Below are positions 47,872-58,602 of a DNA stretch of 64,000 bases, piece after piece. Numbering within the stretch: position 1 is the stretch's first letter; every line of letters starts with the position of its first letter. The stretch is taken from contig JBHLLU010000022.1 in assembly GCA_048938895.1 (NCBI GenBank), positions 1 to 64,000 of the forward strand. The letters run 5' to 3'. The DNA is from Promethearchaeota archaeon (lineage in GTDB: Archaea > Asgardarchaeota > Lokiarchaeia > Sigyniarchaeales > SOKP01). The notes beneath the pieces are model-generated. The model was not told the DNA's origin, did no database searches, and saw nothing but the letters and a program-made list of their open reading frames with translations. The position numbers were made by a program, and so were the translations under genes.

Positions 47872-50800
47872 TTAATCTTTTGACTTTCTATCCTGAATAT
47901 CATCGACTATCTTATCAATTAAATCTAAATCTTTAGATTTTCTACGTTTAACCCTATAAATTACCACCCCTATTATTACTCCAGCTGAGACGCATGATGC
48001 AATAATGATTATGTAAATAAGTGGAGATTCACCCTTGTGTCTAATAGAATAAGCTTGAGAAGATGTCCAAGTATTGTTAACTAAACCATCACTTACAATA
48101 AGTTTTATGTAATAATTTCCTTCTTTAATATGTGCGGTATTCCATGTGTATGAAGTATCTTTATAATTTTCAATTATTAAATACCAATCATCATCTTTAC
48201 CATAATATATATTATAATTTAATTGTGAGGATGAATTGTCTACATCTTCAGCTTCATATTCAATTTGAATAATATTTTTTTCTTGTTGTATAACGATATT
48301 GTTTTCTATAAAAGTTGGTGCGTCATTAACACTATAAACATATAAAGCGATATTTAAGGAAACGGATGCACCTCCTTCGTCTTCAAGAATTAGTTCGAAT
48401 TCATCATTACCATAAGTGTTATCTATAGAATAAAATCTAAAAAGATCCTTATTCTGGCTATCTTGAACAGCATAAGCAAGTGTTGTATTGAGATTTTTTA
48501 CTGACCAATGTAGATATTCAGCAGAAAATTCATTATCACTCTTATATGATGATAAATCAAGTTCAAACATTCCAAAGTCTTCTAGTTGATTCCAAATTCC
48601 TAAGTTTTGAATTTCACTTGGATTAAGAATCATCGGAGGTGTATTATCGGCAGAATAGGTAATTGTGATTTCCGATATTTCAGGAGAGACTAAATCCTCA
48701 TTTGTAGTAATTATCAATTTCCACATTAATTGTGACCCTAAAGTACCAAATATATGCAGAGTGTTATTGATTACTGGTTCCCAATTACTTCCATTATCAT
48801 TGGATAAGAAACTTTGAATAGATGTATTAACAGGAAAAATACCCTTAATTATCATTGTCGCGTTAGTTATTGATGCTATTGTTTTATCTATTTCTAAAGA
48901 CTGTGCTATAGCAGTCTTTTTATATTGATTAAATAGATATTCTTTAAATTGTACAATTTGTAATCCGTCTTGAGCATCAGCTATATATAAAAACCTGTTA
49001 GAGGCATCACAACCCAATGTATTATTATAATTATCAGTATATGAGGTGACTTCTATTGGTTTAAAAGGATTTGAAATATTTATTAACTCAGCTCCATCTG
49101 CCCTGTCAGAAATAATTGCAAGATTGTCCAGAACCTTGATATCAACAGTTCTATTAAATAAATCTACATACTGACTAATTTTTCGAGGGTGGTTTATATC
49201 AGAGATATTTAATATTTCTAATCCATCAAATCTATCAGCAACTAATAGAAGATTTCCCCAAAATTCAAGCCTTTGAGAATTATTATATATCCCAACGTAT
49301 GTTGAAATTGATTGAATATTCATTATATCTGAAATATCTAAAATTTCAATTCCATCATATCCTTTTGCTATAAATGCGTAATTATGTTGGATTTTAACAT
49401 CATAACAAAAACCACCCATTGCAAAGTTAGTTATAAATTTTAAATCAAGAGGATTTGAAATATTATAGATATCAAGACCTACTATACCATTAGAAACAAA
49501 TGCAAGATCACCATGAACCTCCAGACTTTGAGAAAAATTCAAAAGATATCCACCAATTGAGTCCAAAACTGTAATATTTGCAGGATTTGAGACATCCAAT
49601 GAAATTAAACCTGAATCATAAGTAGCCGCGAAACATATTTGGTTTACTATCTCCACATCATAAAAATCACGCATTGGATTTGTAAAATTACCTAAAAGTA
49701 GTGGGTTAAAGGGATTTGACACATTAAAAATATATAATCCCCCATCATAACTATCTTCTGCAACTGAGCAAACAAATAGTTGATTTCCCTTCAAGATTGT
49801 ATTATACGCATTAATATTAGGTGCAAATTCATAAATCAATTTTGGAGTTATATATTCTGAAAGTTCAAAAATTTGAAATCCGTTAGATTCACACCCAGCA
49901 TATAGATAATTTTCGTAAATTTTGACATGACTAATATTTTCGTCATCATCCCAATGAAAAACAGACTTTGGACTAAATGGATTTATAACATTAATAATGT
50001 CTATTCCATAGGTATCACAGGATAATATTGCATAATTTTCTTCAATCACAACATCTTTTATTGCTCCATTTTGATAATATGTTCTAATAATAACAGGATT
50101 GAGAATATTTTTAATATCTATAATTTTTAAACCTCCTATTCCATTTGCTAAATAAAGATAGTCATTTTTAATTTGAATTTCGTAAGGTTTGTATGAAATA
50201 GGCAGTTCACTTACTTTATAAATATTATAAATGTCTGAAATATCTAATATTTCTAATTTATAATCCTCGCTCGCAATAAAAAGATAGTTCTCTTCAACAG
50301 CAGCAGCATAGGATTTTTTATAATTTGTCCAATTACCTACTCTTGAAAGGCTCAGAGGATCAGAAATATTCAATATCTCTATACCTAAGTCTTCAACTGA
50401 TAAGAATGCTAGATTATCTGAAATAAAAACATTAGTAATATTGTATCCATTGGACCAACTGTTAACCTCATATAATGAAGAGGGGTTTGTTATGTTTATA
50501 ATTTCTAAACCATCCATTCCATCAGCAATATAGGCATTTTCTCCTTGAATAAATACATCAGATGTAAGATTATAAGAATCTTTATATTCAGATATTAAAA
50601 TTGGGTTCATTGGATTAGTTATATTAAGCAATTTCAATCCTCGTGTATTATCAGCTAGAAATAGTAGATTTCCATAGCATTTCATTGATTTAATATAATC
50701 AATGTTATCATTCCATATAGATAAATTATCTATTTCTTGGTGTGGCAAAAAAATATAATTTTCTCCCCATCCACTCGAATTTGTAATAGATTGATTTATG

Positions 50801-50979
50801 TAAGTTGTAGTATTGAATGATTCATTAAACATTAGGGTAAATGGCGATTGGAGGGAAATATTTTCATCAATATTTAGATTATTAGAATTTTCAAATAAGT
50901 AACAGTTTGGATAACATGCTAAGAAAAGAATAATTATTATGACGAGTTTGTTTTTTACTTTTTTATATATACATTTCAT
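47872..50979 (-). CDS. Cell-surface LVIVD-repeat (beta-propeller) protein with Ig/cadherin-like domains and C-terminal TM anchor
   Basis: More than 12 repeats of AY(I/L)AD...GLEI(I/L)(N/D)ISNP..P; NTPP and VNDAP linkers; signal peptide; TM + KRRK. Confidence 0.9.
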   Translation of the reverse strand: MKCIYKKVKNKLVIIIILFLACYPNCYLFENSNNLNIDENISLQSPFTLMFNESFNTTTYINQSITNSSGWGENYIFLPHQEIDNLSIWNDNIDYIKSMKCYGNLLFLADNTRGLKLLNITNPMNPILISEYKDSYNLTSDVFIQGENAYIADGMDGLEIINITNPSSLYEVNSWSNGYNITNVFISDNLAFLSVEDLGIEILNISDPLSLSRVGNWTNYKKSYAAAVEENYLFIASEDYKLEILDISDIYNIYKVSELPISYKPYEIQIKNDYLYLANGIGGLKIIDIKNILNPVIIRTYYQNGAIKDVVIEENYAILSCDTYGIDIINVINPFSPKSVFHWDDDENISHVKIYENYLYAGCESNGFQIFELSEYITPKLIYEFAPNINAYNTILKGNQLFVCSVAEDSYDGGLYIFNVSNPFNPLLLGNFTNPMRDFYDVEIVNQICFAATYDSGLISLDVSNPANITVLDSIGGYLLNFSQSLEVHGDLAFVSNGIVGLDIYNISNPLDLKFITNFAMGGFCYDVKIQHNYAFIAKGYDGIEILDISDIMNIQSISTYVGIYNNSQRLEFWGNLLLVADRFDGLEILNISDINHPRKISQYVDLFNRTVDIKVLDNLAIISDRADGAELINISNPFKPIEVTSYTDNYNNTLGCDASNRFLYIADAQDGLQIVQFKEYLFNQYKKTAIAQSLEIDKTIASITNATMIIKGIFPVNTSIQSFLSNDNGSNWEPVINNTLHIFGTLGSQLMWKLIITTNEDLVSPEISEITITYSADNTPPMILNPSEIQNLGIWNQLEDFGMFELDLSSYKSDNEFSAEYLHWSVKNLNTTLAYAVQDSQNKDLFRFYSIDNTYGNDEFELILEDEGGASVSLNIALYVYSVNDAPTFIENNIVIQQEKNIIQIEYEAEDVDNSSSQLNYNIYYGKDDDWYLIIENYKDTSYTWNTAHIKEGNYYIKLIVSDGLVNNTWTSSQAYSIRHKGESPLIYIIIIASCVSAGVIIGVVIYRVKRRKSKDLDLIDKIVDDIQDRKSKD

Positions 50980-51023
50980 ATAAAAATCACATTTTTAATT
51001 ATTAAAAAAAAAAAAGAAATAAT

Positions 51024-53585
51024 TTAGGATGAGTTTTTTACCATTTCAATTTCGACTTGGATTTGTAAAATTTCAGATTTTAAGGAATCTGCTAGTTCTT
51101 GCGTTATTTTACCCGAATTTAACAAACTATCAACTTCAGTTAAAGCATGATCCAAAGCGACTTGAGTACCCGTTAACATACATTCAGTATTAAGGTCTAA
51201 TACGATCTTGAAAAGAGCACCTTCAAGATGTGCAATAGCTCCTGTTATTGATAATTTTAAAACAAAACTATCAGTGTCATTTATATTGTCATCAATAAAG
51301 TCAATAAGATTAAATAATTCAATTTCAATTGAAGCAATATTTTTGGATTGTTCTACTCCTACTGATTCACCCATTAACCATATTATGTTATTTCGTATCA
51401 AATGTAGGTTAGGGATAATGTATTCGACATGTTCATCACTGATTAGATCCCACTTTTTAAACATTTCTACTAGAAATTCACTAATGTGAGTTAACGCTTG
51501 AGCGAATTTATCTTTTACCAACCCGGAAACTCCTTTATCTGCGAGGAAAGCGTTGTATGCATCTCTTAATGCATCCTGTGATATCCATAACAAAAATCTA
51601 ACTGCCCACGATAATATTCCGTCTAAATTTTCATCTACATAATTCTTTAATCCTTCTAACTGCCAAATCACATAATCATACCAATCGGCTAGAGTTATTT
51701 CAAATGTACTAGTAAACTCATTACTCAAAGCATCATCAGCACGGTCGTCATCAGCATCAACTATTCTAACTCGAACATCATGAACTCCTTTCTCGAATAA
51801 CCATTGATTATTCAAACTAAAATTAAATGTATTTTCAATTGAAGTAGGGTAATACGTGTAAATCAATACGTCATCTACGTAAACATCAATAATGCTTAAT
51901 CCTAAGTCATCGCCTTCAGGGATATCGAGTCCATCAAAACTTATGTTTAACAGTTGAGAATCATGAGTAACAATAATATTTTCAAAATATGGCTCAGTTA
52001 TATCATCATCAACAATATCAATTGAAGTTTCAACAGTATTTGATAATGCATCATTGGGCCTATCATCATCATTATCTATGGCAGTAAAGCTAAACTGATG
52101 AGTTCCTAAACTACTGGGTACTGGATAATTTCCAGTAGGATCAACAGAAAGTCCAGACGCATCTGAAGCAGTTACCTTAAGTTCCCCGGGATTCCCATCA
52201 GTTCCATCTCCCGTATATATTATATTAATATTAGGTGCTGTTGTATCATCATCAACAATTTCAATTGACATTTCTACGGTATACGTCAATGCATCATTGG
52301 GCCTATCATTATCATTATCTGTGGCAGTAAAGCTAAACTGATGAGTTCCTAAACTACTGGGTACCGGATAAATTCCAGAAGGATCAACAGAAAGTCCAGA
52401 CGCATCTGAAGCAATTACCATAAGTTCCCCAGGATTCCCATCAGTTCCATCTCCCGTGTAACTCACATGAATCTCAGGTGCTATTGTATCATCATCAACA
52501 ATCATAAAAGTGACATCAATAGATGCTGATAACGGATCACCAGGCCATCCATCATTATCTCTATCCCAAACTTTCACTTCAACAGTATGCATACCAGGTT
52601 CAAAATCATTAGTTATATTATACCTATACCAATATGCATATTTATCATTACCAAATGGATTCAGTTCTATTAGTTCATCTTGATCCGAAAGGTATTCACC
52701 GTCATTGACAATAAAATCACCAAAAGTTATCCAGTTAGCAGGATGAGGACCACTAGTCCCTTCATCATAGGCGCAAACATCAAGCTGGAAAGTTGGCATG
52801 TTGTCAATTACAACTTGTGGACACTGTATAGGATTAAAAAAAGGAATAAATGGTGTTTCTGTTGGAATTATGGGCGGATCAGTATCATCATCATATATTA
52901 CTATATTTTTAGTCAAATCCATTGAAAAGATATAAGTTACCCAATAAAAATCACACCAATATCTAAAATCAAAGGGGATAAGGCTAATCGTATCCTTTCT
53001 CCATAACATTTGAATAACAAAATAGATCTCTCCTGGAGAATGATCTGGTGATAATGGATTATCACATTCTGCTGTAAATAAGTATGGGGTAAATGAAGTC
53101 AGTTGTCCGTCATGAGAAAAGATTCTTTTTCTTTCAGGACCCATGAAGCCTTCATAAGGGTTCATCTTTGACGTAAAAGGGAGTGTATCATATGGATATG
53201 GATCATTTGGTACATAATAATAAGGACCTTCCTCTTTTACACTCGCCCCATCATGAAAACGATTACCGCCAGTTAAATCTGTGTCAGATCTAACATAATC
53301 TAAATACGCATATACTCTAAATGTGTGTTGAGATCCTTCAGGCCAATTATTTGTTACCGAGAAAGTTGCTGCGAAATAATCATCTGAATATGATGTTACG
53401 ATTGGAGTCGTAATTATTGGAGATGATATTTTAACATTTGGTTGATCATCTGTAAAATCTATTGAGCCATTATTTGAGCTCGTTTTTTCGGAATTTGATA
53501 AGGAGATATTTGAAAGTGGAAAGTAAAACATTGAAAATGATAGGATCAATAATAATCCAAGTGTTCTTACTTTTTTAATATTCAA
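51024..53585 (-). CDS. Secreted protein with Asp-rich Ig-like repeats and C-terminal helical domain
   Basis: Signal peptide; IVDDDT..P linkers; DNDNDRPND loops; helical C-terminus. Confidence 0.85.
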   Translation of the reverse strand: MNIKKVRTLGLLLILSFSMFYFPLSNISLSNSEKTSSNNGSIDFTDDQPNVKISSPIITTPIVTSYSDDYFAATFSVTNNWPEGSQHTFRVYAYLDYVRSDTDLTGGNRFHDGASVKEEGPYYYVPNDPYPYDTLPFTSKMNPYEGFMGPERKRIFSHDGQLTSFTPYLFTAECDNPLSPDHSPGEIYFVIQMLWRKDTISLIPFDFRYWCDFYWVTYIFSMDLTKNIVIYDDDTDPPIIPTETPFIPFFNPIQCPQVVIDNMPTFQLDVCAYDEGTSGPHPANWITFGDFIVNDGEYLSDQDELIELNPFGNDKYAYWYRYNITNDFEPGMHTVEVKVWDRDNDGWPGDPLSASIDVTFMIVDDDTIAPEIHVSYTGDGTDGNPGELMVIASDASGLSVDPSGIYPVPSSLGTHQFSFTATDNDNDRPNDALTYTVEMSIEIVDDDTTAPNINIIYTGDGTDGNPGELKVTASDASGLSVDPTGNYPVPSSLGTHQFSFTAIDNDDDRPNDALSNTVETSIDIVDDDITEPYFENIIVTHDSQLLNISFDGLDIPEGDDLGLSIIDVYVDDVLIYTYYPTSIENTFNFSLNNQWLFEKGVHDVRVRIVDADDDRADDALSNEFTSTFEITLADWYDYVIWQLEGLKNYVDENLDGILSWAVRFLLWISQDALRDAYNAFLADKGVSGLVKDKFAQALTHISEFLVEMFKKWDLISDEHVEYIIPNLHLIRNNIIWLMGESVGVEQSKNIASIEIELFNLIDFIDDNINDTDSFVLKLSITGAIAHLEGALFKIVLDLNTECMLTGTQVALDHALTEVDSLLNSGKITQELADSLKSEILQIQVEIEMVKNSS
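52017..52502 (-). repeat. Two tandem 243-bp (81-aa) intragenic repeats
   Basis: ATCATCATCAACAAT recurs at 52002, 52245 and 52488 (243-nt period); units share YTGDGTDGNPGEL.V.ASDASGLSVDP.G.YPVPSSLGTHQFSFTA.DND.DRPNDAL. Confidence 0.95.
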
Positions 53586-53905
53586 TTTTTCTCGACCCTG
53601 TAAAATTGATTTTTAAGCAAATTTATCAATTTATAAATTTTATGATCTTTGTTTTATATTTAAACCTTTTGTCTAACCAAATTTTAGTAAAAAAGAATGG
53701 AGAAAAAAATATCATCTTTATTTAGTTCTAGTTTGTGAAACAAATTAATTATCACAAAGATTGCATATGGTAATCTAGTTTTTCCTTATCAAAATTTCTT
53801 CTTTTGCATTATATTTTTTGAGCAAAGGTTATTTCACAAAATAGATCTATGAAAAAGCTCTAATTAGATTAAATCCTACTTATAATCACCTTAATTCCAG
53901 CCTAA

Positions 53906-54237
53906 ACTGTAACATTGAAGGGAAGTTTAGCACCAGAAGGAACTGTTGTTAAGCAATCAGCAATTAAAAACAAAGATATGTTAAAGTTTGAAAACCGCAT
54001 AATACATTTTCACTCAGAGCAGAGTATTATAGACGTTTTAACTTCTGATCAAATCTAAAACAATTCAATAGTTATGGTTCGATATTAAGGTCTAAAATGA
54101 GGCCCCGATATGATCGAATTATTAGCTATGACGATGATATTAACGATGAAATATTATATAGATAAAATAGCCCTCATGGATATTTTTCAGTATATATATT
54201 GAAACCTTGTATTGGCCATGCTGTTCCAGAAAAATAA
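53906..54237 (+). pseudogene. Degenerate fragment of an ilvD-like gene (matches 56541-56873)
   Basis: TVTLKGSLAPEGTVVKQSAIKNKDMLKFE..LTSDQI*NNSIVMVRY*GLK*GPDMIELLA..PCIGHAVPE, with three in-frame stops. Confidence 0.9.
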
Positions 54238-54506
54238 GCATATATTCTCTATCTCCACCTAGAAAAGCTTTTAGGTTATGAAGGTTTATATTATTTAAAG
54301 AAACGATCCTATTTTAAAGATTAAATCCAAAGATTCTATATTTGAAATTCTAAATGATAATGTACTAGATGATATTAAAAAATTATTACCTGATGATTGC
54401 GGTGAGATGGAAGTTGGATATGAAAGTGAAGAAAAACAATTCTAATTTGTTATTGCAAGTGAATTTGATAAAGGTTCTAAAATGGAGTATTTGAGTTAAA
54501 AAAAAA

Positions 54507-55205
54507 TTATTTTGTTTTTCTTTTTATAAAATATACTAGTGATATAACTCCGATTAATATAAAAATCATGAAGAAATAACCAAAAGGTATAGTATCTTCA
54601 CCTCCTCCTGAGTCTAATTCAAGCACTGCTATAGTCGTAATTTCAGATTCCACCACTGACTTAATTAATAATCCATCAGAATTAAATGTCAGAGTATAAG
54701 TCAAGTTAAATAAATCTTCTAAAGTAAGTTGATCTTCACTAACTACATAACTAAAAGAAGTACCTGAATTCTTTGAATATTCACCAATCATAGTCAGATT
54801 TATTGGAGTAGGGATAATAAAATAAAATAGTGAATAGCGTAAAACACTAACATAGTCAACATAGTTTAGAGTTTCATTAGCAGCTACTAAAAATGAATCA
54901 TTTATGAGTGTATGCCATAACTTTTCCGTTTTATTATAAAAACCTAAAGTAGCATCGATAATGTATGAATCTATAGTCAAATGAGATCCATTATAAATAT
55001 CCTCAATTGTTAGATTATATTTAAATCCCTTAAGACTAGGTGGCCCACTAGTAAATGTCCAACGATAAAAATCCCCTTTATCTACACCAAATGTTGTATC
55101 CCCTTGTGTAGTCGCACCTATAGCACTAGATATAAAGGGAAATACAAATGATATTATGCACAACATTAATAGAGTTATTTTCATTAATTTTTTCATATCT
55201 CTCAC
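54507..55205 (-). CDS. Surface protein with signal peptide and C-terminal IPFG-TM-basic anchor
   Basis: Signal peptide, FGVDKGD.Y.W start, SGGGEDTIPFGYFF..TM..KRKTK. Confidence 0.8.
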   Translation of the reverse strand: MRDMKKLMKITLLMLCIISFVFPFISSAIGATTQGDTTFGVDKGDFYRWTFTSGPPSLKGFKYNLTIEDIYNGSHLTIDSYIIDATLGFYNKTEKLWHTLINDSFLVAANETLNYVDYVSVLRYSLFYFIIPTPINLTMIGEYSKNSGTSFSYVVSEDQLTLEDLFNLTYTLTFNSDGLLIKSVVESEITTIAVLELDSGGGEDTIPFGYFFMIFILIGVISLVYFIKRKTK

Positions 55206-55418
55206 GTTAATTGAAAATTTATTTTTTTGGAAACCAATGAAAGTTGTACTAAATTATATTAATCCCTTTCTCCTATTTAAACTTTTAAATTCTTTACACC
55301 TTTTCTTTTCTTTTCTTTTTCTTAATTTAAAATGAAAAGAGATATATATGAATGATGAGATTTAAACTCTAAAATAAACTAATTTTATTCTAACCATTAT
55401 AAAAAGGAGATATTTATA

Positions 55419-57089
55419 TTGACCAATCAAAATATTGATGTAAAAATAAGAAGTAAAAGTCTTTTTGATGGTATTAATAAAACGCCATTCAGATATGGAA
55501 AAATAGAGTTATTAAAGGTTTTAGGTTTAGATGATGAAGATATTGAGAATAAACCTTTTATTGGAGTCGTTAATACTTGGAATGAACTCAATCCAGGTCA
55601 TAAACATTTGAGGACCCTCGCTGAAGCTGTAAAATATGGAATTATTGAAGCGGGAGGTGTACCTTTTGAATTCTGCACTATAGGGGCATGTGATGGAATC
55701 GCTATGGGAAATATAGGTATGCGTTCTATCTTACCTCATAGAGAAGTGATTGTAGACTCAATTGAATTAATGGTAGAAGCCCATCGATTAGATGCTATGG
55801 TTACTCTATCGAGTTGTGATAAAATTAACCCTGCAATACTAATGGCAGCAGTACGTTTAGATATCCCTACTATATGTGTTCCTGGGGGAAGCAATCTATA
55901 TCAAGTAAGATTTATGCCTGATTTTAAAGGTATAGCAACTGAAAATTATGAGGATTTCACGCATAAATTTGGCTGTATCACTTGTGCAACATACGGTGCC
56001 TGTGAGGCTATGGGTACTGCAAATACAACTCAATGTTTAATGGAAGCTTTTGGAATGACATTACCGAATGCAGCCACAATACCTGCAATGACTCAAATGA
56101 AATATATGATTGCCAAAAATTCAGGGAAACGAATAATTGAGTTATTAAAAGAAAATCTAACTCCATCTCAGATCATGACTAAAGAATCCTTAGAAAATGT
56201 TGTGATAGTTGATTTAGCAATTGGGGGATCTACGAACTCAACATTACATCTTCCCGCAATTGCAAATGAGATGGGAATAGATTTTGACCTGGAAATATTT
56301 AATGAATATAATAAAAAAATTCCAACAATTGTAAATGTATCTCCTTCAGGAGATTATGGTACTCCAGATTTATATAAAGCTGGTGGAATCCCAGCAGTGA
56401 TGAATAGATTGAAAGATTTTCTTAATTTGGATTGTTTAACAGTTTCTGGAAACCCAGTAAGAAAAATTATTAGAAAAGTTGAAGTTTTAGATGATAAAAT
56501 TATAACCCCATTAAATAAGCCAATATTTCCAGAAGGAGGAACAGTGGTATTAAAAGGTAACCTAGCACCTGAAGGTGCTGTTGTAAAACAATCAGCAATT
56601 AAAAATAAGGATATGCTCAAATTTGAGGGACCAGCATTATGTTTTAATACAGAACAAGACGTCCTTGACGCTCTTACATCTGATCAAGTTCAAAATAATT
56701 CTGTAATTATAGTTCGATATGAAGGACCAAAAGGTGGTCCTGGAATGCCCGAATTATTAGCTACAACGATGACTTTAGTAACGAAAAGTAAATTAGATAG
56801 AGTTGCGCTTATTACAGATGGACGATTTTCAGGTTATACCTCAGGACCTTGTATTGGGCATGTAAGTCCAGAAGCTTATGTTGGGGGTCCAATTGCTCTA
56901 GTGAGAGATGGTGATATAATTAAAATAGATATTCCTAATAGGATTCTCGATGTGGTAATAAACGAAAAAGAAATTAAAGATCGATTAGCAAATTGGAAAC
57001 CTTTTGAAAAAGACATCAGAAGTAAAGCACTTTTGAAATATCGATATCTTGTTTCTTCTGCTTCAGAAGGAGCCATTCTTAAATTTTAA
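55419..57089 (+). CDS. ilvD: IlvD/Edd-family dihydroxy-acid dehydratase
   Basis: KPFIGV, PGHKHL, CDGIAMG, CDK, GACEAMGTANT, GGSTN..LHL, YEGPKGGPGMPE, TDGRFSG, GHVSPEA. Confidence 0.9.
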   Translation: MTNQNIDVKIRSKSLFDGINKTPFRYGKIELLKVLGLDDEDIENKPFIGVVNTWNELNPGHKHLRTLAEAVKYGIIEAGGVPFEFCTIGACDGIAMGNIGMRSILPHREVIVDSIELMVEAHRLDAMVTLSSCDKINPAILMAAVRLDIPTICVPGGSNLYQVRFMPDFKGIATENYEDFTHKFGCITCATYGACEAMGTANTTQCLMEAFGMTLPNAATIPAMTQMKYMIAKNSGKRIIELLKENLTPSQIMTKESLENVVIVDLAIGGSTNSTLHLPAIANEMGIDFDLEIFNEYNKKIPTIVNVSPSGDYGTPDLYKAGGIPAVMNRLKDFLNLDCLTVSGNPVRKIIRKVEVLDDKIITPLNKPIFPEGGTVVLKGNLAPEGAVVKQSAIKNKDMLKFEGPALCFNTEQDVLDALTSDQVQNNSVIIVRYEGPKGGPGMPELLATTMTLVTKSKLDRVALITDGRFSGYTSGPCIGHVSPEAYVGGPIALVRDGDIIKIDIPNRILDVVINEKEIKDRLANWKPFEKDIRSKALLKYRYLVSSASEGAILKF

Positions 57090-57297
57090 GCATATATCTA
57101 TAATTCCAAATTTTGATTTAACAATAACCATACTATTCTGTCATAATAATAATTTTCAGAATGATTATTCAAGTGAATTTTTAATTATTAATTTTTTTAA
57201 GAATATTAGGGTAATAGTTTGAAATTTTAACCAATTAGACAAGTCATCAAGCGATTCTAAGTACTCAACTGATTCTTTACCATTAAGTAAGTTATTG

Positions 57298-58602
57298 TTA
57301 TTCGGTTTCAATATTATAATTACACCAAATGTAATGATCTTCTTCTATTTTGATCATATGGGGGGTTTTAAAATCGCATTCCTTGGTTCTCGTATCAGAA
57401 CTACACCGTGGATGAAAAGGACAACCTAAGGGTGGATTTATTGGACTAGGTACTTCACCTTTAATAATGAATTTTATATCATCATTATAAGGATCAATTT
57501 CAGATCGAGAAGCAAGGAGAGCTTGTGTATATGGATGTGTTGGGTTATTAAAAATCTGATCTACTGTTCCTATCTCAACAAACCGACCTAAGTACATAAC
57601 TGCTACACGATCGGCTATATGATTAACAACAGATAGATTGTGGGTTATAAATAAATAACCATATCCATACTTTTTTTGTAAATTTTTTAATAAATTGAGA
57701 ATCTGAGCCTGAACTGATACATCAAGGGCAGATGTAGGTTCATCAAGAATTAATAATTCTGGATTAGAAGCTAATGCTCTAGCAATAACAATTCTTTGCT
57801 TTTGTCCTCCCGAAAACTCGTGAGGAAATCGATCCAAATGTTCAAGCTTCAGAGATACTTCCTCCATTAATCTAAGAACATATTTTCGTAAATCTTTCTT
57901 TTTAGTAATTCCTAATAAATTTTTCAATGGTTCAGCAATAATATCAACCACTTTTAACCTTGGATTCAACGATGCGTCAGGATCTTGAAAGACAATTTGA
58001 ATTTTCTGTCTTAAATAAGATGAAAATTTTTCTTGAATTAGTGTATCATTGAAAAAAATTGCCCCTTGATGCGTTTCTACTAAATGTAATATTGCCTTAG
58101 CAACAGTAGTTTTTCCGCAGCCACTTTCACCCACTAATCCGAGTGTCTCCCCCGTCCTAATGTTAAATGAAATGCCATCCACAGCTTTAACTGCCCCAAT
58201 TTGTCTTTTTAAAATCCCACCTAGGAGGGGGTAATATACCTTTAAATTCTTCACTTTAAGTAATGGCCTTCCAGTTTCCAGTTTAGTAATTTGTGATAAT
58301 TTCTCAAATCCCATTTTGTTATAAATAAAAATTTTTAGGATAAAACTACTAATTATTGAAATTATAGATATTATCAGAATATCCTGCAATAAGTCTGTGT
58401 TTAATAAAAATATACTAATAATCATGTAACTAATGCCTGGGATGGTTGAAATGAGTTCAATTTTAAACTTTTTATTAATCAATTGCGAACGATCATCCCA
58501 ATTTAAGTAAAAAAAAGCTATTAACCAGGAAATTAAAAAACTTATAATAAAATTAATCGAAAGATTATACACTATATCAATTATCTCAGTTTGAAATATC
58601 AA
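57298..58602 (-). CDS. Peptide ABC transporter ATPase (DppF/OppF-like) with N-terminal 3-TM extension
   Basis: GESGCGKT, FQDP, FSGGQKQR, LDEPTSALDVSVQ, HPYT, CPFHPRC; about 95 hydrophobic N-terminal residues. Confidence 0.9.
   Translation of the reverse strand: MIFQTEIIDIVYNLSINFIISFLISWLIAFFYLNWDDRSQLINKKFKIELISTIPGISYMIISIFLLNTDLLQDILIISIISIISSFILKIFIYNKMGFEKLSQITKLETGRPLLKVKNLKVYYPLLGGILKRQIGAVKAVDGISFNIRTGETLGLVGESGCGKTTVAKAILHLVETHQGAIFFNDTLIQEKFSSYLRQKIQIVFQDPDASLNPRLKVVDIIAEPLKNLLGITKKKDLRKYVLRLMEEVSLKLEHLDRFPHEFSGGQKQRIVIARALASNPELLILDEPTSALDVSVQAQILNLLKNLQKKYGYGYLFITHNLSVVNHIADRVAVMYLGRFVEIGTVDQIFNNPTHPYTQALLASRSEIDPYNDDIKFIIKGEVPSPINPPLGCPFHPRCSSDTRTKECDFKTPHMIKIEEDHYIWCNYNIETE

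Noticed and set aside
52017-52502. Possible CRISPR array or mobile-element repeat
   Set aside because: Period is 243 nt, in frame within a CDS, with no unique spacers or cas genes.
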